This document shows positions 31,110 to 41,534 of a stretch of 64,000 nucleotides of DNA, piece after piece. Position numbers and translations under genes: made by a program. How positions within the stretch are numbered: position 1 is the first letter of the stretch; each line of letters begins with the position of its first letter. The notes under the pieces were generated by a model. It was not told the origin of the DNA, ran no database searches, and saw only the letters and a program-made list of their open reading frames with translations. Source of the stretch: a virus (lineage: Duplodnaviria; Heunggongvirae; Uroviricota; Caudoviricetes); the IMG/VR virus record IMGVR_UViG_3300029522_000074; one strand, written 5' to 3'.

Positions 31110-32352
31110 GCGTGTCGCAAACGCCAAGAACAACGGTGCTAAAACGATTGGTCAGATTTATAAGGAACAGTCTGACGACATGATGAATTGGACGTGGGAT
31201 AATGATAAGCAGAGTAAAAAATGCTATATCTATGATTGGAAACATGACGATTCGCCAGATATAAATGTTGGTATGACATATGAGAATACCACAAAGACAC
31301 CGATTGATGCGAAGATACTTGTAAGTAAGTATGGTTCTATTGATAAGGACTCTCCTACTTTACAGTGTCAGTTCAGACCAAAACAGAAAGAATACTTTAC
31401 AGAAGATGACGAGTTATTCTATATGGAAGAATATAGAAAAAAGTACCAATTAGTTGATATTTTTGTGGGGATGTTTTTGGATATTCCAGATAAAGATGGA
31501 CTTTATCATAAACATTTAATCTGTATGAAAGATGTTGAACAGGACTTTCAGAAGTATTTCATTTTACCTTGCGATTATCTCTTGCAGTGGATACAAACCG
31601 AAGCAGATAAAAGATATAAGAGAAGTATGTGGTGCGTTTTAAAATCACAGTCTAGTTACAACTCAGGAATTTGGGTAGATAACGTGACCGCAAGCCAACA
31701 GAATCAGGAACTTCTGTTTATTCCAACAAATGAAATATCTGATACCATCTATTATGTTTCTGAAGATAACAATAATAACCAACGACTCATTGTAGACATT
31801 CCAAACTACTCGATTGAGAATTGGACACCTAATACATGGGTGGTAAGTAAGGTTGAACGAGTTAATGTCCGAGGAAGGACAAAGCTTACTCTATATCAGA
31901 AACCATTCAATAGCAATACTGATTATATCGAGAAAGATGAAAATGGTATTATCACAGGTCTTTGGGCTAACTATTTTGGTGGTACTGCCCCAACAGATCC
32001 GTCTACTCCAACCACTCCCCCATCTTCTATCACAGCAAGAATCTCAGCATCCACTTCAACTATTAAAGTTGGTGGCTCTTACAAAAATCTTACAGTAAAT
32101 CTATTCAATGATTCCAATGAAGATATTACAACTGAATATGCTGATGCAACCTTTACATGGACTTGCTCTATTGACGATGAAGATTGGACTGATAAAGTAA
32201 CATGGCGAGCTGGTACAGAGTACAACCAAAAGAAAGTAAAGTTTCCTAATGACACTTCCGTTATCGGCAAAATACTGTCTATTAAGTGTGAAATTGTTAA
32301 GGATTACTTGCCGATTAAATCTGAAATTTTGCCGTTGGAATTAATCGAATAG
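31087..32352 (+). CDS. Putative head-closure/neck protein with C-terminal Ig-like region
   Basis: Pro/Thr linker followed by a beta-rich domain; position. Confidence 0.45.
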   Translation: MPSLQTARRVANAKNNGAKTIGQIYKEQSDDMMNWTWDNDKQSKKCYIYDWKHDDSPDINVGMTYENTTKTPIDAKILVSKYGSIDKDSPTLQCQFRPKQKEYFTEDDELFYMEEYRKKYQLVDIFVGMFLDIPDKDGLYHKHLICMKDVEQDFQKYFILPCDYLLQWIQTEADKRYKRSMWCVLKSQSSYNSGIWVDNVTASQQNQELLFIPTNEISDTIYYVSEDNNNNQRLIVDIPNYSIENWTPNTWVVSKVERVNVRGRTKLTLYQKPFNSNTDYIEKDENGIITGLWANYFGGTAPTDPSTPTTPPSSITARISASTSTIKVGGSYKNLTVNLFNDSNEDITTEYADATFTWTCSIDDEDWTDKVTWRAGTEYNQKKVKFPNDTSVIGKILSIKCEIVKDYLPIKSEILPLELIE

Positions 32353-32362
32353 GAGGTGTTTT

Positions 32363-33010
32363 ATGGCAAAAAATAAAATGATAACTAAAAAAGATTTACT
32401 TACAAAACTTCGTGCTTATAAAGAATCTCCTGATGATGATGTGATTCGTATCAAAAAAAAAATTGAAAAGATTTTTCTACAGTGTCCTGAAATATTATAT
32501 GCACTTAATGAAAAAAAACTTGAATCAGAACTTTTTGATGATGACGGAAATATTAATTGGGAATGGAATGAAGAATTAGGTGAATATGAACCACTTGGAG
32601 AATGGGATAATTATATTGGTAGTACAGCAAATATACGTCCATTCTTATTTATTCCTGATACTCAGACAGAAGTTAAACATTATATTTGTTATCAAGTAGG
32701 AACTGATGAAAATGTCAGATATAATCCTACTGAAAAACTTCTTAATATCACATTTACCATTTTTGTACATGGAAATGATAGAGTTGATAAATTAACTGGT
32801 ATACCAAGACATGATTTATTAGCTGCGCTTATTAGGGAGAATTTTGCATGGACTGGTTTTGAAATTGAAAAACCTACACCAATATGTAATAAAGAATCTA
32901 CAACAGATAATAATTATCTTGTTCGTACATTACAGTATCAATGTGTACTTCCAAACGATCTTGTTATTTCTTCAAATGGTACTACTTCTTATAAGAATAA
33001 GAGGTGGTAA
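32363..33010 (+). CDS. Putative tail completion protein
   Basis: Position; AGGAGG RBS. Confidence 0.45.
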   Translation: MAKNKMITKKDLLTKLRAYKESPDDDVIRIKKKIEKIFLQCPEILYALNEKKLESELFDDDGNINWEWNEELGEYEPLGEWDNYIGSTANIRPFLFIPDTQTEVKHYICYQVGTDENVRYNPTEKLLNITFTIFVHGNDRVDKLTGIPRHDLLAALIRENFAWTGFEIEKPTPICNKESTTDNNYLVRTLQYQCVLPNDLVISSNGTTSYKNKRW

Positions 33011-33012
33011 TA

Positions 33013-33861
33013 ATGGATAAAATGTTTTCTAATAATTCTTTTATTCAGCAAACTATAGAACAACAACTTTCAGATGAACAGATTCAAGAAGTTGAAGAAT
33101 TAGGATTCAATCCTTTAAAAATGTATTTTGGTGAAGATTATGTAATAAATGAAAAAATTATAATTCATCAACCATCTATTCAAGACTTTATTGATTCAAA
33201 TAGTGAAACTGATATTTATGGAGTAATTACACCATTTGTATCGAATACAACGGCTTATAGACTTCAACTTTGGGATATGGGCATTGATTGGAATAAAATC
33301 AGTAATCTTGAACTGTTCTCAATTCTCATAAAATCAATAGATTTCAATTATTCAAAATTAATATTTGGAGATATTGATTTTTCCACATTTAAATTATATC
33401 AAAAGCAGGTTAATAGAGATACCGCATTAACTTTATATAGTCAAGAATTAGATTTGGAAATAGACGAAGATACAAGAAATAAGATGTGTAAATATATACA
33501 GTTTATGTTTAACTCTTTCCCACCAGAAGAAGAATTCACATCTAATAAGACACTTAAACAGGATTTGATAAATAAAGATAGGCAGAAATTAATTCAAAAG
33601 AAAAAAGAAGCCTCTGAAAATAAAAATCAGCAAAGTCTTCTATCAATGATTGCTTTTTATCTTAATCATCCTGGTTGTCATTACAAAAAAAATGAATTAC
33701 GTGAAGTCGGATATTTTGAATTTATGTATAACATTCAGCGACTTCAAATTTATGAATCAACTCGTGCCCTATTTGGTGGAATGTATAGTGGTATGTGTGA
33801 TTTAAGTAAAGTGGATAAAAACGAATTTAATTTCATGCGTGATGTAAAAATCACAGCATGA
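33013..33861 (+). CDS. Hypothetical virion-module protein
   Basis: ORF; GAGGTG RBS. Confidence 0.6.
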   Translation: MDKMFSNNSFIQQTIEQQLSDEQIQEVEELGFNPLKMYFGEDYVINEKIIIHQPSIQDFIDSNSETDIYGVITPFVSNTTAYRLQLWDMGIDWNKISNLELFSILIKSIDFNYSKLIFGDIDFSTFKLYQKQVNRDTALTLYSQELDLEIDEDTRNKMCKYIQFMFNSFPPEEEFTSNKTLKQDLINKDRQKLIQKKKEASENKNQQSLLSMIAFYLNHPGCHYKKNELREVGYFEFMYNIQRLQIYESTRALFGGMYSGMCDLSKVDKNEFNFMRDVKITA

Positions 33862-33902
33862 TTTTTTATTTTATAAAAACAATTTTAAGGAGGAATAAAA
33901 AT

Positions 33903-34694
33903 ATGGCTTTTAGATTAGGCGATAAACTTTATAAAGAAATTCTTTATGGCTATGCAGAAGATTTAACTACAACAAATCCTTTATATGTACTTACTCAGTT
34001 ATCAGATGGTAGTGTCGAAGTAACTGCTGAATCTACAGAAGTAAAAGATAAGAATGGTAATTTAGTTAAGAAAATCTGGAAATCAAAGGCTGGTACATTT
34101 TCTGCTAAAAATGCATTCGTTAATACAAACATTATAGCTGCTTCAGCAGGAACAACACCTATTTTTGCTTCTAATGGCAATAAGGTAACAATGCCAAAGA
34201 TGTTCCATGTTAAGAAAGGTACTGATGTTACAATCAAAGATTATGTTGCAGGTAGCGTAAAAGTTGCTCAGTATTTTGGTGATGGTTCTATTGGAAAAAC
34301 ATATACATTGGGTGAAGCGGCAGATACAGAAAAGTTTGCAATAGAGTCTACTTCTGGGAAACTCTCTCTTCCTACAGATGCAGAAGCCGATATGTTCTTT
34401 ATTAAGTATCTTAGAGAATCTGAAACAGGTGCTATGATTCAGAATAAGGCTGATGAGTTCCCAAATTCTGTAAAATTCATTATTAAGGCTACATATTACA
34501 ATCCATGCAAGAAGAATGAATTAAAGGCAGATTATATTGAGTTCCCATCATTCCAGGTGTCTCCTGAAACAACAGTTCCAATTAATGCAGATTCTGCCGA
34601 AATGGATTTTAAGGGAGATCTTGAGATTGATTACTGTGGAACAGATAAGGTACTTTATAACATTTATGATGCTGATGAAGTTGATGCAGAATAA
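33903..34694 (+). CDS. Putative major tail (tube) protein
   Basis: Strong RBS, beta-rich, followed by a hairpin; position. Confidence 0.55.
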   Translation: MAFRLGDKLYKEILYGYAEDLTTTNPLYVLTQLSDGSVEVTAESTEVKDKNGNLVKKIWKSKAGTFSAKNAFVNTNIIAASAGTTPIFASNGNKVTMPKMFHVKKGTDVTIKDYVAGSVKVAQYFGDGSIGKTYTLGEAADTEKFAIESTSGKLSLPTDAEADMFFIKYLRESETGAMIQNKADEFPNSVKFIIKATYYNPCKKNELKADYIEFPSFQVSPETTVPINADSAEMDFKGDLEIDYCGTDKVLYNIYDADEVDAE

Positions 34695-34753
34695 TTTTTA
34701 GAGGGTGGATTATTACCACTCTCTTTATTTATGCAAAGGAGTGAGAACTTAAA

Positions 34754-35095
34754 ATGGCAAATAATAGAATTTGTCTTACTTGTGGTAAACCTTATGAGTA
34801 TTGCGGTTCTTGTCCAAGCAGTTTGAATCTCCCTGTATGGAAAAATATTTTTGATACAGAAAATTGTAAAACTGTGTTTGAGACAGTTAGTGACTATGCT
34901 CAAAATGCAATTACTAAAGAATCAGCAAAAGTAAGATTATCAAAATGTGATGTTTCTGGTGTTTTTAAGGACAATATAAAAAAACTTATTGAAGATATTA
35001 ATAAGGAAGATATTAAAAACACAGATACCAAAGACAACGAGTTTAAAATAAAAAGTGGAAATAAAAAGAAACCTATTTCTACAATAAATGATTGA
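34754..35095 (+). CDS. Zn-binding hypothetical protein
   Basis: CLTCGKPYEYCGSC motif. Confidence 0.65.
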   Translation: MANNRICLTCGKPYEYCGSCPSSLNLPVWKNIFDTENCKTVFETVSDYAQNAITKESAKVRLSKCDVSGVFKDNIKKLIEDINKEDIKNTDTKDNEFKIKSGNKKKPISTIND

Positions 35096-35186
35096 TATAT
35101 GAGAGTGTGAATTTTAGGGAATACATTTTCATATGTTGTGAATTTTGTATTCCCTATTTTTTACGCTTATGGAATGAAAGGAAATT

Positions 35187-35369
35187 ATGAAATTTGACAA
35201 AGAATATTCGACTTCCTATGTAGAAGAAATGAAATTTCTTCGTGATAAGGGGATTCGTTATACATGGGTATACATGAACGAAGATAAAATTTCAGTATGG
35301 AAGTATAAAAAAGAAAAACGATTATGGGATGCTTTATCTGAAATGTATTCTAAATATAACTTAGATTAG
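35187..35369 (+). CDS. Hypothetical protein
   Basis: ORF with AAAGGA RBS. Confidence 0.6.
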   Translation: MKFDKEYSTSYVEEMKFLRDKGIRYTWVYMNEDKISVWKYKKEKRLWDALSEMYSKYNLD

Positions 35370-35380
35370 GTGGTGATTGA

Positions 35381-36487
35381 ATGTACTTAGACAATGCTTC
35401 GACCACTCCATTAAAATCGGAAGTTAAGGATTATATTATATCTCTTTTGGACACATACCAGAATCCATCGTCAATGTATCAGTCTGGTGTTAATGCGAAA
35501 CAAATAATTACCACAGCACGAAATAATGTCGCCAAATTCATTAGTACAGATCCTAAAGACATTATCTTCACATCTGGCGGTTCAGCCAACAATACGCTTT
35601 TTATTAAAGGTTATACTCAGAGAAATGAATGTAGAGTGTTATACTCTCCTACTTCTCATAAATCGGTGTTGAAATGTATAGAATCACTCAAATATAAGTG
35701 TCCACTCAAAGTTGATCACACGGGAAGAATAGATATTCAAGATCTTAAGGAGTGTCTATCATCTGATACAATGAAGAAGCTTGTAGTCATAGAATATGCT
35801 AATTCTGAGATAGGAACTATTCAAGACGTGAAACAGATTATTGAAATGTGTCATTTTTATAACGCAATAATCTATGTAGATTGTACAGGCTCTATTAGTC
35901 AAATCCCTGTAAATATAAGAACTTTAGATGTTGATGGTATAGGATTCTCAGCACATAAACTTGGAGCATTAAAAGGTACTGGTGTTTTATACAAAAAGTC
36001 ATTTATTGAACTTGAACCTCTTATATATGGTTCTCAGGAACAAGGCTTATTTGGTGGTACTGAAAATGTAATAGGTATAGCTGCACTTGGTAAGGCAGTT
36101 GAGAATTATGATTGCTCTTCTATTACATCTAATAATCGTGATTATATCTATAGTTACATTAAAAATAATATTCTAGATTCATATTTGGTTGGAGCTGATT
36201 TGAAGCATAGATTACCACATAATCTATACATATGTTTTAAAGGAATACAGGGTGAATCATTAATGACATTACTTGATATGAACGGATATCAGGTGTCAAC
36301 AGGAAGTGCTTGTACAAGTGGTGATTTAACACTATCTTCTACTCTATTGGCTATCAAAATGAACAAAGAAGATATAAATAGTTGTATAAGAATTACAAGT
36401 GGTAAAGAAGAGATTACTGAACTGAATACGTTTTGTAAAACATTAAAGAGATGTGTAGAAACATTAAGACAATTGAATACAGTATAA
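35381..36487 (+). CDS. iscS: Cysteine desulfurase, IscS/NifS class (PLP)
   Basis: YLDNASTT, IIFTSGGS, SAHK (PLP lysine), GTENV, catalytic STGSACTS. Confidence 0.9.
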   Translation: MYLDNASTTPLKSEVKDYIISLLDTYQNPSSMYQSGVNAKQIITTARNNVAKFISTDPKDIIFTSGGSANNTLFIKGYTQRNECRVLYSPTSHKSVLKCIESLKYKCPLKVDHTGRIDIQDLKECLSSDTMKKLVVIEYANSEIGTIQDVKQIIEMCHFYNAIIYVDCTGSISQIPVNIRTLDVDGIGFSAHKLGALKGTGVLYKKSFIELEPLIYGSQEQGLFGGTENVIGIAALGKAVENYDCSSITSNNRDYIYSYIKNNILDSYLVGADLKHRLPHNLYICFKGIQGESLMTLLDMNGYQVSTGSACTSGDLTLSSTLLAIKMNKEDINSCIRITSGKEEITELNTFCKTLKRCVETLRQLNTV

Positions 36488-36506
36488 TATAAGGAGGATT
36501 AAAATT

Positions 36507-36767
36507 ATGACAGATTTATCATTTTTAACAAATTTTGCAGTACCGATTATTGTTGGTATTTGCCTATGTATAGGTTATGTATTAAAAAATATTGTTACAA
36601 CAGATGCAGTTAATAAGTATATTCCTGCAATCATGGGTGTATTGGGTGTGGTACTTAACGTATGGATGAATATGGCTTTTACACCTGAAATATTACTTGG
36701 TGGTCTTGTCTCTGGTCTTGCTTCTACAGGTTTATATGAAGCATTTAAGAATTTTTTGAAGAAGTAA
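36507..36767 (+). CDS. Holin
   Basis: Three hydrophobic segments; NKYIP and GLASTGLYEAFK motifs. Confidence 0.8.
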   Translation: MTDLSFLTNFAVPIIVGICLCIGYVLKNIVTTDAVNKYIPAIMGVLGVVLNVWMNMAFTPEILLGGLVSGLASTGLYEAFKNFLKK

Positions 36768-36786
36768 GAAGGGATGGTACATATGA

Positions 36787-37260
36787 GTGGGATCTATAGA
36801 AAAACTTACACAAATTGATTATTTATTAGTCATTCTTGGGTTCTTTGCCATCTTATTTGCAGCCAAGGAAATTATCGAAATATTTAGTTATTTTAAGAAG
36901 AAACTTAGATTGAAAACAGGTATTGACGAAGATAAAGAGACAATAGAAAACCGTATTAAAACGCTTGAAAAACACGATAATTGGCAGTATCAGGAAATTT
37001 TAAAGATTTCTAATGGCATTGACGATATTAAAGACAACCTTACTAAAAGGGAAATTAAGGATAAAGCAAAAACAGTTGCTACTCTTCGAGGACAATTGTA
37101 CGGATTACATGAAAAATTTGTAACCAAAGAGTATATTGATAAATCAGGGTTAAAAACATTTATTGAACTTGGAAAGATCTATGAAGCTGCTGGAGGCGAT
37201 GATATTTATCACGACAAATTATATCCTGAAGTAATGGCTTTGCCAATTAAAGAAGATTAA
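36787..37260 (+). CDS. Membrane-anchored coiled-coil lysis-module protein
   Basis: N-terminal TM, coiled coil, C-terminal YEAAGGD. Confidence 0.55.
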   Translation: MGSIEKLTQIDYLLVILGFFAILFAAKEIIEIFSYFKKKLRLKTGIDEDKETIENRIKTLEKHDNWQYQEILKISNGIDDIKDNLTKREIKDKAKTVATLRGQLYGLHEKFVTKEYIDKSGLKTFIELGKIYEAAGGDDIYHDKLYPEVMALPIKED

Positions 37261-37331
37261 ATTTCTACCACAGTAAAAATTTACCATGATAAAATTTGTA
37301 TAAACAAAATATACATATACATATTAACATT

Positions 37332-37529
37332 ATGGACAACAAATTATGGTATTATCGAAATAAAAAGGGGTTAACATTACAGGAATTATCAAGACTTAGC
37401 GGAATATCAGTTGCAGCTCTAAATAAAATAGAGAATGGAAACACAAAGGATATACTTCTTAACAATGCTATTACTCTTTCTCATATTCTTAATGTTGATA
37501 TATATGAATTGTTTTGTATTAAACATTGA
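37332..37529 (+). CDS. XRE-family HTH regulator
   Basis: GLTLQELSRLSGISVAALNKIENG. Confidence 0.8.
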   Translation: MDNKLWYYRNKKGLTLQELSRLSGISVAALNKIENGNTKDILLNNAITLSHILNVDIYELFCIKH

Positions 37530-37539
37530 GAAAGGAAGA

Positions 37540-37722
37540 ATGAGTATGGGAAAAATGTTTTATAACTTAATATGTGAAGAACTATGTATAACAGGTGGTA
37601 AGGTTATATATATTGATACCAATGTTGGAAGTCTTGAAGAAGTACATAAGATAGTAACTGATAATGCTGATAAATACCCAAACGGAAAATGGGAATTATA
37701 CCCTATGCAATTAGCGGTATAA
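37540..37722 (+). CDS. Hypothetical protein
   Basis: AAAGGA RBS. Confidence 0.55.
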   Translation: MSMGKMFYNLICEELCITGGKVIYIDTNVGSLEEVHKIVTDNADKYPNGKWELYPMQLAV

Positions 37723-37806
37723 AAACAATTAAATATAAAAACTTTATGAGAACGAGTCCAATTCAGACTCGTTCTTTTATTTTGTCTAAAAATAAAGGAG
37801 GAACTT

Positions 37807-39078
37807 ATGGCTTATAGAATTATAGATGTGTCAAGCAATAATGGACAGCTTGATTGGGATACAATTAAGTCAAGTATTGATGGTGTAATCATTAGAATTG
37901 GCTATGGCTCAGATATAGAAAGTCAAGACGATTCACAGGCTATTAGAAATATGCAGGAATGTGAAAGACTTGGCATCCCTTATGGTGTGTACATATATTC
38001 TTATTGTCTTAATATAGAAGAAGTAAGAAGTGAAGCTGCACATATATTAAGAATGATTCAGGGATTTAATCCTGTTCTTGGTGTGTGGTTTGATATGGAA
38101 GATGCTGACGGATATAAAAGAAATCATGGACTTGTTCCCGAACAGAACGGTGAACTTCTTACAGACTTTTGTATAGAATTTATGCAGATTGTCAAAGACG
38201 CAGGATATACAACGGGTGTTTACGCAAATTATAGTTATTTTACTAATGTATTAAACGATGGTAGATTAATGTCCTTTGAAGGATTTAACAGATGGCTTGC
38301 ACATTGGGGAATAGATGAACCTTCGATGGATTGTCTGTTGTGGCAGTGTACATCAGATGCTGTTATTGATGGATCTTCGGCAAGAACAGATTTTAACTAT
38401 TATTATGGAGAGTTACCTAATGTTGAACCAGTTATTCCATCTGAACCAATCGAAGACAACTCTGAATCAGATGATATTAAAACAAAATATCATGTAGGAG
38501 ATTATGTGTCATATCATACAATTTATGCGTCTTCTACTTCCGAAAATGGATTAACACCTTCAATTACGGGGGGTACAATTACTAATATCATTGCATCTGC
38601 AAGAAATCCATATCTTATTAACGATGGTACAGGCTGGATTAATGATGATTGTATTGTTGAAAATAATGAAAATACTTCTGAACCAGAATCTTCTGATGAG
38701 GAAGAATCTACAGGTCTTACTCATTCTGTTGGCGAATATGTCACATATTCAGCACTCTTTGCTTCTTCAACTTCCGAAGAACCACTTAACCCACTTTATA
38801 CAGATGGAACTATTACAGCTATCGCTGAAGGTGCGAGAAATCCATATCTCATCGAGAATGGCAGAGGTTGGGTAAATGATTCTGTTATTAATGGCAGTTC
38901 TGCACCAGAAAATACTTACGAAGAACCATCTTATGATACATATGAAGTTGAAAGCGGAGATTGTCTTTCAGCCATTGGTGATAAGCTTGATGTAGATTGG
39001 TATTCTATTGCAGAAGCTAATGGTATAGGAGAACCATATACTATTTATCCAAGTCAGTCTCTTATTATACCTAGATAG
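37807..39078 (+). CDS. Endolysin: GH25 muramidase, two internal repeats, C-terminal LysM
   Basis: IDVSSNNG, FDMED, WQCTS; two copies of VG.YV.Y....ASSTSE...P....GTIT.I...ARNPYLI..G.GW.ND; LysM YEVESGDCLSAIG. Confidence 0.88.
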   Translation: MAYRIIDVSSNNGQLDWDTIKSSIDGVIIRIGYGSDIESQDDSQAIRNMQECERLGIPYGVYIYSYCLNIEEVRSEAAHILRMIQGFNPVLGVWFDMEDADGYKRNHGLVPEQNGELLTDFCIEFMQIVKDAGYTTGVYANYSYFTNVLNDGRLMSFEGFNRWLAHWGIDEPSMDCLLWQCTSDAVIDGSSARTDFNYYYGELPNVEPVIPSEPIEDNSESDDIKTKYHVGDYVSYHTIYASSTSENGLTPSITGGTITNIIASARNPYLINDGTGWINDDCIVENNENTSEPESSDEEESTGLTHSVGEYVTYSALFASSTSEEPLNPLYTDGTITAIAEGARNPYLIENGRGWVNDSVINGSSAPENTYEEPSYDTYEVESGDCLSAIGDKLDVDWYSIAEANGIGEPYTIYPSQSLIIPR

Positions 39079-39260
39079 TATATTAATAATAAAGAAAGTG
39101 TGGTTTCATAGTAATTTTTGAAGCCACACTTATTTTTCAAAAAATTATAAATACACATTCAAAATGTCTTTACTACTATCTAGCCATGTAGTAAGGGCAT
39201 TTTATTTATATGGAGAGTGTGTGGCTAGACCACTCTCCTGCCCCCTTAATCAAGAAAGGA

Positions 39261-39704
39261 ATGAAAGATATAGAAATTATTGATTTGATTTTAAACCAAG
39301 ATGTATTGGAGAAATATAATAAATATTATTTCAAACAACATCCTAAAGCAAGGAAAATTCCTATTGAAAGACCAATGCACCCCTCGATCAACACATGGAT
39401 GATATTACCAAGAATACAGATGAATCAACTTAAACAAAAATGGAAAGATTTTATTGTTTTTTGGATAAAGGACTTAGGTTTACAAGATAAACACTTAGAG
39501 TCTTTTGAGATGATATTTACCACTTATATGCCGACAAAAAGGCGTGTGGATTGTGATAACACAGTTCCTAAATTTATCCTAGATGGATTTAGTGAATCAG
39601 GTTTTATTATTGATGACGATGGGAAGCATTTACATTCTCTTACATTAAAAACAGGATATGATAAGGATAATCCAAGAACGGAAATAAAAATTATAGTGAA
39701 ATAA
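39261..39704 (+). CDS. rusA: RusA-like Holliday junction resolvase
   Basis: PSIN, RRVDCDN..PKFILDG, IIDDD and NPRTEI motifs. Confidence 0.75.
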   Translation: MKDIEIIDLILNQDVLEKYNKYYFKQHPKARKIPIERPMHPSINTWMILPRIQMNQLKQKWKDFIVFWIKDLGLQDKHLESFEMIFTTYMPTKRRVDCDNTVPKFILDGFSESGFIIDDDGKHLHSLTLKTGYDKDNPRTEIKIIVK

Positions 39705-39720
39705 AGGAGAATATTAAGAT

Positions 39721-40116
39721 ATGAACAAAACATTAAAGGTATATCAGATAATTAATGTCAATGCAAGAATTAAAAATGTAATTGAAGGTGACTCAGCAAT
39801 TAATGCTGCATTTAAGTTTAAACTACTCAGATTATATTCAGAAATTCAGGGAGTTGTAAAGGATTTTGAAATGACCAAAGACTCTCTTGTTAATAAGTAT
39901 GGTAAAGATGTTGTTGACGAAAAGGGGGAAGTTGTTCCAAATCAGAAGAGAATTAGTCCTGAAGATGAAAATTGGAAAGAATTTATTAAGGAAATTAATG
40001 CAGTAAGTGATTCTGATGTAGATGTTAATTTCACACCTATCAGTGCGGAAGAATTGTTTAGTATGGGGTTAGATACTGATGCTTGTGCTGATTTAATACC
40101 TATTGTAGAAGAATAA
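39721..40116 (+). CDS. Hypothetical protein
   Basis: ORF with AAGGAG RBS. Confidence 0.65.
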   Translation: MNKTLKVYQIINVNARIKNVIEGDSAINAAFKFKLLRLYSEIQGVVKDFEMTKDSLVNKYGKDVVDEKGEVVPNQKRISPEDENWKEFIKEINAVSDSDVDVNFTPISAEELFSMGLDTDACADLIPIVEE

Positions 40117-40141
40117 AATTATAAAGGAGATAAAAGGAATT

Positions 40142-40786
40142 ATGAATAAGATAACAGTTAAAGAATTTGTTGAGGGATATAATAAGTGTGTAGATTCATT
40201 AAAGAATAGATATATACAGGAAAAGTTAAGCATTATATCTTACTTACCTGTAAATATTAAAGATGCTATTGCAATAATCATTACAGATAGAACTATGTTT
40301 GAACAGAAAAAATATACTGACGAAAATGGTGAAATAAAATTTCGTAAGACTGATAATGTACATGTTAATTCATTTATTCAGTATATGTTATTTGTTAGAG
40401 AAGTTATTGAAAAGTATACAAATCTTGTTTGGAGTAATGACGGTAATTATACAGCGGATTATGATTTATTAAAATCTTCTGGACTTCTTGATAAATTAAT
40501 GATTGGAGAAATTGTGAATGGAAAAGAAATTCCACCACTTATTCCAGCAAGTGAAATATCTGAAATAAGAACTCTTATTGATATGCATAAATCTGATATT
40601 ATGCAAAATGTATATGAACCACACGCATATATTAGTCGTCAGGTTGAAAGGTTTGGGACACTTGCAAATATAACCATAGAACCACTTATAAAGCTTATTG
40701 AACAGAAGATACAGGGAATTCCACAGGAAGATATTACTAAGGTCGTTGAGCTTGTAAGAACTGGTGATTTTAAGGAAGTAGAATAA
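40142..40786 (+). CDS. Hypothetical protein (possible tail assembly chaperone)
   Basis: Position upstream of the tape-measure gene. Confidence 0.5.
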   Translation: MNKITVKEFVEGYNKCVDSLKNRYIQEKLSIISYLPVNIKDAIAIIITDRTMFEQKKYTDENGEIKFRKTDNVHVNSFIQYMLFVREVIEKYTNLVWSNDGNYTADYDLLKSSGLLDKLMIGEIVNGKEIPPLIPASEISEIRTLIDMHKSDIMQNVYEPHAYISRQVERFGTLANITIEPLIKLIEQKIQGIPQEDITKVVELVRTGDFKEVE

Positions 40787-40886
40787 AAAAGCAGTACTAT
40801 ATTTTACATATAATACTGCTTAAATGTCCTTAATTGAGTGAAGATATATGTCGGAAATTCAATTAAGGACTGACAATTATTTTCAC
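40783..40886 (-). ncRNA. Candidate ~100-nt small RNA
   Basis: Minus-strand promoter TTGACA-17-TATATT with extended TG (40893-40921); 12-bp stem GTCCTTAATTGA/TCAATTAAGGAC; terminator AAGCAGTA...TACTGCTTTTTT. Confidence 0.5.
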
Positions 40887-41043
40887 TTGTTAAATATATC
40901 ATTACAATTAAATATTGTCAATATTTTAGGCTCTATGCGTGTCACAGCGTATAGAGCTTTTCTTATGGAGAGTGGTAATACTGCTCTCCTATTTTAGTGT
41001 AAAAATAGTGAAATTATAGTGAATATTTTGGAGGTGATGATAG

Positions 41044-41520
41044 ATGGGTTCATTTAGACTAGATCAGAATTTTATAAATAAGATAGAAAAACAATGTCAA
41101 GAAAAAGCAAAAAATTTAGCACATGAGGCTTCTGAAAAATTAACAAATCATTATATTACATTGCTTGATTGGTATTATGCCGATTATCAACCAAAACTGA
41201 ATAAATACGATGAACCATATTATATTCGTACCTTCAATTTATATAAATCAGCTCACAAATATTATAAAAATGGAACTGATAGATTTTATGGTGGTGTTCG
41301 TATTGATGGTTCTACTATGAAAGATTATTCAGGAATTAGAAATGCTTCAATATCTGGACAGGATTTATTGAGTACATATATCTATAATCCATCTGGTACA
41401 TGGCATGGTGGTGATTGGTATGGTGGTTATGGAGTTACGGCGAGTTTTAACATTTATAACGAAATGCAAAAATATAAAAATAAATTAATAAAAGACATGC
41501 AGAATAGATGCAAAATCTAA
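41044..41520 (+). CDS. Hypothetical tail-module protein
   Basis: GGAGGTG RBS; directly before the tape-measure gene. Confidence 0.6.
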   Translation: MGSFRLDQNFINKIEKQCQEKAKNLAHEASEKLTNHYITLLDWYYADYQPKLNKYDEPYYIRTFNLYKSAHKYYKNGTDRFYGGVRIDGSTMKDYSGIRNASISGQDLLSTYIYNPSGTWHGGDWYGGYGVTASFNIYNEMQKYKNKLIKDMQNRCKI

Positions 41521-41534
41521 TAAGGAGGAATAAA

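Noticed and set aside
6547..36487. Dnd phosphorothioation system (DGQH protein plus cysteine desulfurase)
   Set aside because: The genes are about 28 kb apart and no DndC/D/E or Ssp homologues are visible
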